Source: Bacteroidota bacterium
GTDB taxonomy: Bacteria > Bacteroidota > Bacteroidia > Bacteroidales > JAADJA01
Assembly: GCA_020444515.1 (NCBI GenBank)
Contig: JAHLKX010000003.1
Coordinates: forward strand, 512,997 to 576,996
DNA length: 64,000 nucleotides
Direction of reading: 5' to 3'
The first letter of the stretch is position 1. Each line of letters starts with the position of its first letter. The notes under the pieces were generated by a model. The model saw nothing but the letters and a program-made list of their open reading frames with translations, had not been told where the DNA came from and ran no database searches. Positions 37,338 through 46,187 of the stretch are shown here, one piece after another. The translations under genes were made by a program, and so were the position numbers.

Positions 37338-38705
37338 ATGAATACAAAAAAGAACTTTCTAGCTGCGATGATCCTTATTTTTTCGGTGCTTGCTATCTTT
37401 ATCGGTAATGGGTGTTCCGATAACAACGATGATCCGGATCCAACACCGACCGTAAAAAATTATGCATCCTGTGAGGGTTGTCACACCGATTATGCCCATT
37501 TGCAACAGGTATATACACCCGACACTTCAGCACCTTCTGGTGGTTGTGGCGGAGAAGCCCCACACTATGAGCCTTATGACAGGGTTTACATGGGTGGAGC
37601 GGGGTATGAAGATTATAAACAATCGGGACACTACGATATCGGTTGTGTGGGATGTCACAATGGTGTGGATAATACAGAGGATAAAGCAACAGCACATTCC
37701 GGAGATTTCATTCGGCATCCATCCATGTTTGCAGAAGAAAAATGTGCGTCCTGTCATCAATCAATCGTTGATGATTTTGAGACAAATCTCCACCATGGCA
37801 CGGGCCAAAAACGGAAGGTTACGATGAGGAGCGGGCTGGCCGGACCACAAGAATTCGATCAGCTTCCTGCTCATCAAATTGAAGGGTACAACGCCAACTG
37901 TGCTACCTGCCATGCCAGTTGTGGAGAGTGTCATATTGTTCGTCCTTTATCGGGTGGTGGTGGACTGGCGGCAGGACACGCTTTCACCAAAACACCGGAC
38001 ATGGTAAATGTTTGTGTTACGTGCCACGTATCACGTGGAGGACATGCCTATCTGGGCGTAGCTGCCGGAACCGAACCGGATGTTCATCTCACTTCGTTGA
38101 ACTTTCAATGTATTGATTGTCACGACAGTGAGGAAATCCATGGCGATGGTCAGCCTGTTGAGCAACGTTACGCTTACTCAAAATTACCTAAATGTATTGA
38201 TTGTCATGAAGACGCTGCAAAAAGCAATAATTACCACAGTATGCACATCAACGATTTCAACTGCCAGGTTTGTCACTCGCAAGATTACAATAACTGCGGC
38301 AGTTGCCATATTCATGGTGACGGAGCACGGATCCCTGCCTACCTCGATTACAAGATTGCGCTGAACCCACTCACTGATCTGAAACCCGATATTGAATATG
38401 CCACTGTTCGACGGGCGCCTGGTGCTCCTGATAATTGGGATGTATATGGTGTTGATTATTCAAATTTTGATGTATTTCCTACCTATAATTATACCTCTGC
38501 TCACAACATCCTCCGCTGGACAACCAGAACTGAAACCGGCGACAAGGCATGTTTTTCCAATTGTCATATCCGCAATGAAGGTGGAATATTGATCAACAAA
38601 GAATTGTACCTTTTCCTGGAAGACCTGGAAGATTGGGAAGTTAGTGCCAATGAAAGCATTGTGGTAGATGATGCACTGCCAGCATCCTGGTTTGAAGAAA
38701 AATAA
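37338..38705 (+). CDS. Multiheme c-type cytochrome lipoprotein (10 CxxCH + 1 CxxxCH)
   Basis: Signal peptide ending in GNGC followed by SDNNDDPD. Heme motifs CEGCH, CVGCH, CASCH, CATCH, CGECH, CVTCH, CIDCH, CIDCH, CQVCH, CGSCH plus CFSNCH. ATG 37338 is preferred over the TTG at 37320. Confidence 0.9.
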   Translation: MNTKKNFLAAMILIFSVLAIFIGNGCSDNNDDPDPTPTVKNYASCEGCHTDYAHLQQVYTPDTSAPSGGCGGEAPHYEPYDRVYMGGAGYEDYKQSGHYDIGCVGCHNGVDNTEDKATAHSGDFIRHPSMFAEEKCASCHQSIVDDFETNLHHGTGQKRKVTMRSGLAGPQEFDQLPAHQIEGYNANCATCHASCGECHIVRPLSGGGGLAAGHAFTKTPDMVNVCVTCHVSRGGHAYLGVAAGTEPDVHLTSLNFQCIDCHDSEEIHGDGQPVEQRYAYSKLPKCIDCHEDAAKSNNYHSMHINDFNCQVCHSQDYNNCGSCHIHGDGARIPAYLDYKIALNPLTDLKPDIEYATVRRAPGAPDNWDVYGVDYSNFDVFPTYNYTSAHNILRWTTRTETGDKACFSNCHIRNEGGILINKELYLFLEDLEDWEVSANESIVVDDALPASWFEEK

Positions 38706-38754
38706 GACAAAAACAAGTGAAATATAATAATTAAACAACTTTAAATTTTATTCT

Positions 38755-39768
38755 ATGAAAAACACAAAATTGTATTGGTTAAGCATTTTGTTTGCTTTCC
38801 TTTTCCTCACGGCTTGTAATAAAGATGAAGACGAGCCAACACCTACGCCGCAGATTAATGAATCCGAGGTACTTGCTACATTCCTCGAATCTACATCGTC
38901 ACCATTGATGAAAGATTTTGTCAATACAGACATGCCAACCATTATGCCGGCCAGTGAAGTGAAAACACTCAATGCTACCGGACAGGTTTATATCATTGAT
39001 ATCCGTTCAGCAGATGATTTCAATACTTTGGGCCATATTGAAAATGCACACAATGTTGCATTTGGTGACCTGATTACCCATGTTGCGGGAATCAATATGG
39101 ACGATTACACCAAAGTGGCCATTGTATGCTACAGTGGACAAACAGCAGGATATGCAGCCAGCATTCTGAGGCTTATGGGTTACGATAAAGTATTTTCGAT
39201 GAAATGGGGAATGTGTTCATGGCATGAAGATTTTGCAGGTAGCTGGAGTAATGCTGTGGCTAATGGAAATGCTTATGCTACACAATTCACTTCCGATCCT
39301 ACAGATAAAGGACCCAGTGGAGATATGCCCACCCTTTCTACTGGAAAAACGGATGGCTTATCCATCCTGGAAGCCCGGGTTGATGCTGTTATTGCTGAAG
39401 GATTTGACCCGGCCAAAATTTCAAACTCAACAGTATTTGGTAACCTGAATAACTATTACATTGTAAATTACTGGCCTGCATCGCACTATGAAACCCCTGG
39501 TCACATTCCAGGTGCAATGCAATACACTCCCAAAGAGTCGATTAAAACAACAGCCGACCTGAAAACTTTACCAACAGATAAAACCATTGTTGTGTATTGT
39601 TATACTGGTCAAACCAGTGCATTCTTAACAGCCTATCTTCGTTTGTTGGGTTATGATGCTAAGTCATTATTGTTTGGAACAAATGGTATGATTTACGACA
39701 TGATGGTAGACGAAGGCCTCACCACTTTCAATGATGAGCAGATCATGGGCTACGACTACGTAAATTAG
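38755..39768 (+). CDS. Lipoprotein with two rhodanese (sulfurtransferase) domains, each with an active-site Cys
   Basis: Lipobox LTAC followed by NKDEDE. Two rhodanese domains with loops VCYSGQTAG and YCYTGQTSA (GlpE-like CYHGNSS type). Confidence 0.85.
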   Translation: MKNTKLYWLSILFAFLFLTACNKDEDEPTPTPQINESEVLATFLESTSSPLMKDFVNTDMPTIMPASEVKTLNATGQVYIIDIRSADDFNTLGHIENAHNVAFGDLITHVAGINMDDYTKVAIVCYSGQTAGYAASILRLMGYDKVFSMKWGMCSWHEDFAGSWSNAVANGNAYATQFTSDPTDKGPSGDMPTLSTGKTDGLSILEARVDAVIAEGFDPAKISNSTVFGNLNNYYIVNYWPASHYETPGHIPGAMQYTPKESIKTTADLKTLPTDKTIVVYCYTGQTSAFLTAYLRLLGYDAKSLLFGTNGMIYDMMVDEGLTTFNDEQIMGYDYVN

Positions 39769-39792
39769 TATTTCTTTTCTCATATACAGAAA

Positions 39793-39821
39793 GGCCGTCC
39801 TCATGGGATGGTCTTTTTTTT
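39793..39821 (+). terminator. Rho-independent terminator of the cytochrome-rhodanese operon
   Basis: GGCCGTCC-TCATG-GGATGGTC (8 bp including 2 G-U) followed by T8. Confidence 0.75.
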
Positions 39822-39869
39822 GTCCGCAAAAAAACAGTATCTTTACAACAGCAATCAACCCAACAACAA

Positions 39870-40772
39870 ATGAAACGAGCCACTAAAATTGCATCAGTGT
39901 TTCTTTGCATTGCTCTTGGTGTTAACCCTTATACAAATTGGCTGTTTGCGCAACAAAATCCATTTATTGCAGGGCTGATCAATGAAGAAATTTCATATTG
40001 TGATATTGAGCCGGATTCCGTTATTCATCTTGAAACCAGCAATAGTCTTGCTGGGGGTTTGTTCGGGTTAGACCTGGATAGCGATGGCGTTTTTGACTTT
40101 GATATTTGGGTTGTGGAGAACACACATTTGGGTTGGTGGGAAAAGTATTTTTTGCTGGGCAAATATGATGAAGCACAAATATGCTTTGCTGATTCCGGAG
40201 CCTTTACGTTAAATTCAGATACTGTTGGTTATTTCCCCATTGCTAAACCCTTTTTAGTTGGAGATACTATTGAGGCAACCGGTTTTTATACTCATGATTA
40301 CACATACCTTTCGAATTTCACGCTTGATCCCTTCGGATGGAATGCCTATAATTTATACTGGAAAGGAATTGGGCCTGCCTGTGTCGGCCTGAAAATTATC
40401 AAACCAAATGAAACCATATTGGGATGGATTAGGATTGAATTACCAGAAGATGCAGGAACCGAACTCATTGTTTATGATTATGCTGTTAATAAACCCGATC
40501 TATACACCACGGTGGCTGATCCTTTAAACCCTTTTTTTCAAATCTCCCCCAATCCGGTGGATGGCATTTTAATGATCAGTACACAGCTACATGATCATTT
40601 AAATGGATCTTCTTTTCAGGTTTATGATTTGTCGGGACAAATACATTTGTTGCCCTTTTTTAAAGGCCACGGGAGATGGAGCCTTTGCACAGAAAAACTG
40701 CATCCAGGCATGTATGTCCTGGAAATCAAAAACCAGCATACCATTGAAAGATATAAGTTCATTAAAATGTAG
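39870..40772 (+). CDS. Secreted protein of unknown function with a T9SS C-terminal sorting domain
   Basis: Signal peptide. C-terminus ISPNPVDGILMIS...FQVYDLSGQ...LHPGMYVLEIKN...RYKFIKM. Confidence 0.75.
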   Translation: MKRATKIASVFLCIALGVNPYTNWLFAQQNPFIAGLINEEISYCDIEPDSVIHLETSNSLAGGLFGLDLDSDGVFDFDIWVVENTHLGWWEKYFLLGKYDEAQICFADSGAFTLNSDTVGYFPIAKPFLVGDTIEATGFYTHDYTYLSNFTLDPFGWNAYNLYWKGIGPACVGLKIIKPNETILGWIRIELPEDAGTELIVYDYAVNKPDLYTTVADPLNPFFQISPNPVDGILMISTQLHDHLNGSSFQVYDLSGQIHLLPFFKGHGRWSLCTEKLHPGMYVLEIKNQHTIERYKFIKM

Positions 40773-40831
40773 ATGGTCGTCACCTACAGGTTCTGAAATC
40801 TATATCTTTTGCAAAAAATCACGGTAATATC

Positions 40832-40839
40832 TATCTTTG
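40832..40839 (+). promoter_or_regulatory. -7 promoter box TATCTTTG
   Basis: 13 nt upstream of the ATG at 40853. Confidence 0.4.
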
Positions 40840-40852
40840 ATACCTAAATGAT

Positions 40853-42259
40853 ATGACCATGAAAAAAATCATTGCATTCAATTTGATGATAATTTCTATC
40901 ATCTTTTCAGTGTCGGCGCAAGTCACATTTATGATCGATTCTCTACCTGATTATACACCTCCTGATGATATACTTTATATCGCCGGTGATTTTCAGGGAT
41001 GGAATCCGGGCGACCCAGCATATGCCCTTCAAAAAAACGCGCAAGATCAGTGGTACATCCAGCTTGATTCCATGGCCGCCGGCACACAGATAGAATTTAA
41101 GTTCACCCGCGGGGACTGGGGCACTGTTGAAAAGGGTGTTTATGGAGAGGAAATCCCAAACCGTGAATTTACATACGGGAATGGTGACACAGTGGGGATC
41201 ATCATTTATAACTGGGCCGATGCAGGTGGCGGTGGCAATAGCACCGCAGCCGAAAATGTACACATTATCGATGAAGAATTTTATATACCACAACTCGACA
41301 AACATCGCAGGATATGGATTTATCTACCCCCGGATTACGAAACCACCAGCCATCATTATCCGGTTATTTATATGCATGACGGGCAAAACCTTTTCGACAC
41401 CTACACTGCATTTGCAGGCGAATGGGAAGTGGATGAGACCCTGAACGAGCTTTATGATGATAGCTATGCCGTGCCCATTGTGGTTGGCATTGATAATGGC
41501 GGTGTGGATCGGATTGATGAATACACTCCCTGGCCCAACAGTCAATATGGAGGGGGTGATGGAGACCTTTATATCCAGTTCATTGTCGGGACATTAAAGC
41601 CTTTTATCGATGAAAACTACAGAACCCTCCCTGATCGCGAAAATACAGCTCTTTGGGGCAGCTCCCTGGGGGGACTCATTTCTCATTACGGTGCCATGAA
41701 GCATCAGGATGTATTTAGCAAAGCAGGTATTTATTCTCCTTCTTACTGGTTCTCCGATTCTGTATGGACTTTCACGGAGCAAATGGGCCACCAGCAAACC
41801 ATGCGTCTCTACCAAATGACCGGTAGCCTCGAAGGAAGTGGCATGGTTACGGATACCTGGACCATGCATGACCAGTTAACAGAACTCGGATTCGGAGAAG
41901 AGGAACTTTTGACAACCATTATTACGGGTGGAGAGCATAATGAGGCCTCCTGGGCTGCGGATTTCAGAGATGCTTATCTGTGGCTTTTCCAATCATGGGC
42001 CAATGGCGTAGGCGATCATTATGCCATCCAACAGGTGCAAATATCACCCAATCCTGCCCGGAATCAGATTCGAATTCCTGAAATTGAGTTCAATCAATCA
42101 TCACTGATCCGGATTTATGACCAGGTAGGTCGTGAGCAATTTGAAAACTATGTTGCAGGTAATGAAGCCATTGATGTATCAAAATTAGACAATGGCATTT
42201 ACTTTATAATCATCATCAATAACAACAACATTTACAATGGTAAATTCATTAAAGAATAA
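40853..42259 (+). CDS. Esterase (putative esterase/enterochelin-esterase-like alpha/beta hydrolase) with an N-terminal CBM20/48-like module and a T9SS C-terminal domain
   Basis: The N-terminal module YIAGDFQGWNP...EFKFTRGDWGTVEKGVYGEEIPNR is the same family as the repeats at 14263-15927. YPVIYMHDGQN. Nucleophile elbow LWGSSLGG. CTD ISPNPARNQI...NGIYFIII...GKFIKE. Confidence 0.82.
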   Translation: MTMKKIIAFNLMIISIIFSVSAQVTFMIDSLPDYTPPDDILYIAGDFQGWNPGDPAYALQKNAQDQWYIQLDSMAAGTQIEFKFTRGDWGTVEKGVYGEEIPNREFTYGNGDTVGIIIYNWADAGGGGNSTAAENVHIIDEEFYIPQLDKHRRIWIYLPPDYETTSHHYPVIYMHDGQNLFDTYTAFAGEWEVDETLNELYDDSYAVPIVVGIDNGGVDRIDEYTPWPNSQYGGGDGDLYIQFIVGTLKPFIDENYRTLPDRENTALWGSSLGGLISHYGAMKHQDVFSKAGIYSPSYWFSDSVWTFTEQMGHQQTMRLYQMTGSLEGSGMVTDTWTMHDQLTELGFGEEELLTTIITGGEHNEASWAADFRDAYLWLFQSWANGVGDHYAIQQVQISPNPARNQIRIPEIEFNQSSLIRIYDQVGREQFENYVAGNEAIDVSKLDNGIYFIIIINNNNIYNGKFIKE

Positions 42260-42285
42260 AATATTCAATGAATCAATGATGTTTA

Positions 42286-42293
42286 TAACTTTG
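42286..42293 (+). promoter_or_regulatory. -7 promoter box TAACTTTG
   Basis: 23 nt upstream of the ATG at 42317. Confidence 0.4.
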
Positions 42294-42316
42294 GTCACCA
42301 TTTTAATTTTATCAAT

Positions 42317-45229
42317 ATGAAGATATGTCTTAGATTTTTTACTTCTTTCGTTTTCATTTTTTTGATTTTTTCATCGAGCCTATTTGCTGCCTGGATCGAT
42401 AAAATCCCCCAAACCGTTGTTCAACCTGACGGTTCCGTTATTTCCTGTTTTGCCACAGGTGATGAATTTTGGAACTGGCTGCACGATGAGAATGGATTCA
42501 CCATCATTCAAAATCATGACGATGGGTATTATTACTATGCCATACTTATGAGTGACCAGCTTCTTCCCTCATCCTATCGGGTTGATTCGATTGATCCTGC
42601 TGACGCTGGCCTTTCACCCTGGACGAATATTTCGGCAGAAAAGATGATGGCGATTCGTACAGATTTTCTAAAAAATAAAATGCCTGAGAAAAAGGCTATT
42701 CCAGGTTTTAATGCACCTGAGAATGTACAAAATGAAGGCGTGTTGAATAACCTGGTCGTTTACATCCGATTCAGCGATCAATCGGAATATTCGGCCGATA
42801 CCGTTTTTTACCATAACATGTTCAACAATAACAATTCGGACTATAACTCCATGCTGAATTATTTTGAAACGGTATCATATGATAAAATTTCCATTCCTTC
42901 ATGGTTTTACCCGATATCTGAAGTTGAAACCGTAATTTCATATCAGGACATATATCCCAGGGGCTATTTCATGCCTTATGATCCGGTGACCAATCCACAG
43001 GGATATCAATCCGGTCAAAGCGGCGAAAGGGAGCATGCATTGCTGGAAAGAGCCTGTAACTATATTGAAGATGAAGTTCCTGTCACACTCAACATTGATA
43101 AAGACAATGATGGATATGTCGACAATATGGTTTTTATCATCAGGGGTGCAACAACAGCGTGGGGAACTTTACTTTGGCCACACAGGTGGGCGCTTTATAA
43201 CGAAAATGTTTACATTCATGGTAAGCGCGTTTGGGATTATAACCTCCAGGTTGAGGATCATCTCAATGGACAGGGTGCTGGCGTTCTTTGCCATGAAATG
43301 TTTCACAGCCTCAGTGCACCGGATCTCTATCACTATAATTCAGCACCCTTCTCATCAGTCGGGCCCTGGGACCTGATGGATGCTGCCGGTAATCCTCCCC
43401 AATCCATGGGAGCTTACATGAAATACCGCTATGGTGGCTGGATTGATCAAATCCCGGAAATTACAGAATGCGGCTCCTATGAACTAAATCCCTTGTCGGA
43501 AAGTGAGAATAATTGTTTTAAAATCGCCTCGCCAAACAGTGCTTCAGAATATTACGTGCTAGAATACAGGGTAAAAGAAGGAACTTTTGAGGGGGTGATT
43601 CCCGGAAGCGGATTGCTTGTATACCGAATTGACAATAATCAAAACGGCAATGGCAATGCGCAGGGACCACCCGATGAAGTTTACGTATACCGCCCTGATG
43701 GGAACATTTATGCTAATGGTAGTCTTGATCAGGCCCATTTTGCTGCTGATTATGGGCGAACGGAGATCAATGACAACACAAACCCTGCCCCTTTTCTCCA
43801 AAACGGTTCTCCCGGGGGCTTGATCATTTCTAATGTCGGATATACCGGAGAGACCATTTCTTTTGATGTATATTTTGAGAAGGAACCCGTAGCCGAATAT
43901 TCATCCTCTGAGACCCTGGTTTCCATCGGCTGTCCTGTTGATTTTACAGATGAATCATTGTGTGCCGTGGATAGCTGGGAGTGGACCTTTGAGAATGCCA
44001 CTCCTGCAACCTCCAATGAACAAAATCCCCAGGGTATTATTTGGAACAATCCTGGCACCTATACAGTAAGCCTCACCGTGACCAATAGCTGGGGCTCCGA
44101 TATGGAAACCAAAACCGGATACATTGAGGTGAGTGACGAAGCATTACCCAATGTTGTTTTTTACGCTTCAGATTCTATCGTCTGCACAGGACAGGTTGTA
44201 CAGTTCACTGATTATTCTGAAGTATGTCCACTGGGATGGAACTGGCAGGTGAGTCCTTCTTCTTTTGAGTTTGTAAACGGAACCGGAGCTGATTCTCAAA
44301 ATCCGGAAATTATATTCAACGAGCCCATCGAATATACCATTGCTTTAACCGCAAGCAATGTCAATGGCCAATCGATGCTGGAAAAGTCAAACTATATTAA
44401 GGCAGGAGGAAACCTGGTTGACTATACAGAAGACTTTGAATCGGGTTCTTTTGAGTCTGCAGGTTGGACGGTAAACAACCCCGATGATGGCATCACCTGG
44501 GAAATTACGGATAATTCAAGCCAGGGCGGGAACTTTTCTGCCTGGATCAATCTGTTTGAATATTTCAGTATTTTTAAACGGGATCAACTCATCAGCCCAC
44601 CTTTCGACCTATCCAATCAGGGAGCAGTTATACTCGTTTTCGATCATGCTTATGCCCAGGCTGGCAATCTGACCTATTCAGACTCACTGATCGTAAAAAT
44701 ATCAGATGATTGTGGTCAGACATGGACCCGCATTGCTGAAATGGCTGAGGATGGTTCCGGTAATTTCGCCACCCATGAGCCCTACACCTTTAATTTCATA
44801 CCACAAGTTCAGGAAGATTGGTGCGGCCCCGGTGAATGGGCCCAGTGTCAAACAATCGACATATCTTCATGGGCCGGCAATGAAGATGTCAGGATTATGT
44901 TTGAATCCGTTCGTTTGACAGGAAATAACTTGTTTTTGGATAATATTGGGTTATACATTCCGGAGGATATCGCGCTTCACATGTCACCCAAAAATGAGCA
45001 AATTCACATTTATCCCAATCCCTCGAAAGGAATGGTTTATTTGAATATTCCACAATCATATCAAAATTCAACATTCACCTTGTATAACGTCATGGGAAAA
45101 GCTATCCGATCAGGAAAACTAAATAAAAACAATTTCACGATGGACCTGGCTAGTGAAAAACGAGGATTATATTTTTTACATGTCTTCGGCGAAACGTATC
45201 ATGAGGTGAAAAAGATCATTGTGGAATAG
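42317..45229 (+). CDS. Secreted M6-like zinc metalloprotease with two PKD-like domains, a MAM/lectin-like domain and a T9SS C-terminal domain
   Basis: HEMFHSL zinc motif. PKD-like VDFTDES..WEWTFE..PGTYTVSLTVTN and VQFTDYS..WNWQV. EDFESGSFESAGWTV. CTD IYPNPSKGMVYLN...RGLYFLHVF...KKIIVE. Confidence 0.8.
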   Translation: MKICLRFFTSFVFIFLIFSSSLFAAWIDKIPQTVVQPDGSVISCFATGDEFWNWLHDENGFTIIQNHDDGYYYYAILMSDQLLPSSYRVDSIDPADAGLSPWTNISAEKMMAIRTDFLKNKMPEKKAIPGFNAPENVQNEGVLNNLVVYIRFSDQSEYSADTVFYHNMFNNNNSDYNSMLNYFETVSYDKISIPSWFYPISEVETVISYQDIYPRGYFMPYDPVTNPQGYQSGQSGEREHALLERACNYIEDEVPVTLNIDKDNDGYVDNMVFIIRGATTAWGTLLWPHRWALYNENVYIHGKRVWDYNLQVEDHLNGQGAGVLCHEMFHSLSAPDLYHYNSAPFSSVGPWDLMDAAGNPPQSMGAYMKYRYGGWIDQIPEITECGSYELNPLSESENNCFKIASPNSASEYYVLEYRVKEGTFEGVIPGSGLLVYRIDNNQNGNGNAQGPPDEVYVYRPDGNIYANGSLDQAHFAADYGRTEINDNTNPAPFLQNGSPGGLIISNVGYTGETISFDVYFEKEPVAEYSSSETLVSIGCPVDFTDESLCAVDSWEWTFENATPATSNEQNPQGIIWNNPGTYTVSLTVTNSWGSDMETKTGYIEVSDEALPNVVFYASDSIVCTGQVVQFTDYSEVCPLGWNWQVSPSSFEFVNGTGADSQNPEIIFNEPIEYTIALTASNVNGQSMLEKSNYIKAGGNLVDYTEDFESGSFESAGWTVNNPDDGITWEITDNSSQGGNFSAWINLFEYFSIFKRDQLISPPFDLSNQGAVILVFDHAYAQAGNLTYSDSLIVKISDDCGQTWTRIAEMAEDGSGNFATHEPYTFNFIPQVQEDWCGPGEWAQCQTIDISSWAGNEDVRIMFESVRLTGNNLFLDNIGLYIPEDIALHMSPKNEQIHIYPNPSKGMVYLNIPQSYQNSTFTLYNVMGKAIRSGKLNKNNFTMDLASEKRGLYFLHVFGETYHEVKKIIVE

Positions 45230-45261
45230 AATATTTTAAGCACAGCTCAGTATCGGTTTTA

Positions 45262-45642
45262 CTAGCGTAAAACCCAATGAATAGCAGCCTCACGTGTTGA
45301 AAAAGGTTTCGACATGTAACCCTCATCCTCTCTCTCAACAAGAAGGGGTATCACAATGTCCCTGGGATTTTCAGTGATGATTGCGATCTTTTTGTTACCA
45401 AATACTGTCAGGTGCTTTCTATAAAATTCAGGAATGGCAATGTATTCTGATCTTGAGATCTCGAAAGTAGCATTCCTGTAGTCCAGCACAAAGCCTGTAA
45501 CATCATCCGGAATGATATGATTTTCGAAAGCATAAATCCAGGAAGTTTCTATATCACTGATGGTTATAATACCGTAGTAAAATTTAAAGAGGATCCCGGT
45601 AGATGCGTCATATTCATATTTGAATTTTTCCAGCATGGCCAT
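45262..45642 (-). CDS. Small cytoplasmic protein of unknown function (126 aa), possibly STAS/SpoIIAA-like
   Basis: Intact ORF convergent with the protease gene. The fold guess rests only on the alternating beta/alpha pattern. No catalytic motif. Confidence 0.45.
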   Translation of the reverse strand: MAMLEKFKYEYDASTGILFKFYYGIITISDIETSWIYAFENHIIPDDVTGFVLDYRNATFEISRSEYIAIPEFYRKHLTVFGNKKIAIITENPRDIVIPLLVEREDEGYMSKPFSTREAAIHWVLR

Positions 45643-45870
45643 TCAAAGGTTTAAAAAGAACCGACAGAAGAAAAAATTTCTGAATAATAAAGATCCCTCT
45701 TGATTATAAACACACTCGAAAGCAATGGTTCTGTTTTACAAATATACAAATTTAAACTAAAGACCGGTATATCCAATGACGAGGAATTTTATGAGTATCA
45801 TTCTACTTGCGAAATATTGAAAAAACATGCAAATAATGTGTTAAAAATTTTTATTTCGAAGATAATCCTT

Positions 45871-45878
45871 TATATTTG
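45871..45878 (+). promoter_or_regulatory. Orphan -7 promoter box TATATTTG with no protein gene downstream
   Basis: Exact TAnnTTTG in the 545-bp gap, about 100 nt upstream of a plus-strand-favoured terminator. Confidence 0.35.
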
Positions 45879-45884
45879 CTTCAG

Positions 45885-46008
45885 ACCCTTAATATAAATC
45901 AAGGTAGGGTGCACTTAAATTTTTAAATCGAATTAATTTAATATTTCTTTCCATTGATGCACCTTACACAAAAAGCCGGTAGGGAATTTTTTCCCTGTCG
46001 GTTTTTTT
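45885..46008 (+). ncRNA. Candidate small RNA (~125 nt) bounded by the orphan promoter box and a terminator
   Basis: Internal 10-bp helix GTAGGGTGCA (45904-45913) / TGCACCTTAC (45957-45966). Terminal hairpin CCGGTAGGGA / TCCCTGTCGG followed by T7. No convincing ORF. Confidence 0.3.
45975..46008 (+). terminator. Rho-independent terminator that folds better on the plus strand
   Basis: 10-bp stem with two G-U pairs on the plus-strand RNA (they become A-C mismatches on the minus strand), followed by T7. The A-run upstream allows weaker bidirectional use for the kinase gene ending at 46188. Confidence 0.6.
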
Positions 46009-46187
46009 GTAACACATTTTGCTTGAACATAAAAAATCTTGATAGAAAGGTGAATCCTGCTATTGGGACATTCAAAAACCAAATTGCAGGTATTTCAGCG
46101 AATATTCAAGAAATGGGCAGGATTATCAGTAAAATATTGAAATAATTGATGGTTTAAAGTGATTGTAGAATCATTGATTAAATCGAT

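Noticed and set aside
37399-38592. Six short ORFs overlapping the multiheme cytochrome gene
   Set aside because: Same reasoning as for GH127. The main frame carries ten regularly spaced CxxCH motifs, and the alternative frames have no features.
45954-46145. 63-aa plus-strand ORF (and the 65-aa ORF at 45700-45897)
   Set aside because: The first runs straight through the terminator hairpin and T-tract. Both begin with TTG and lack any motif. The region is better explained as non-coding or sRNA.
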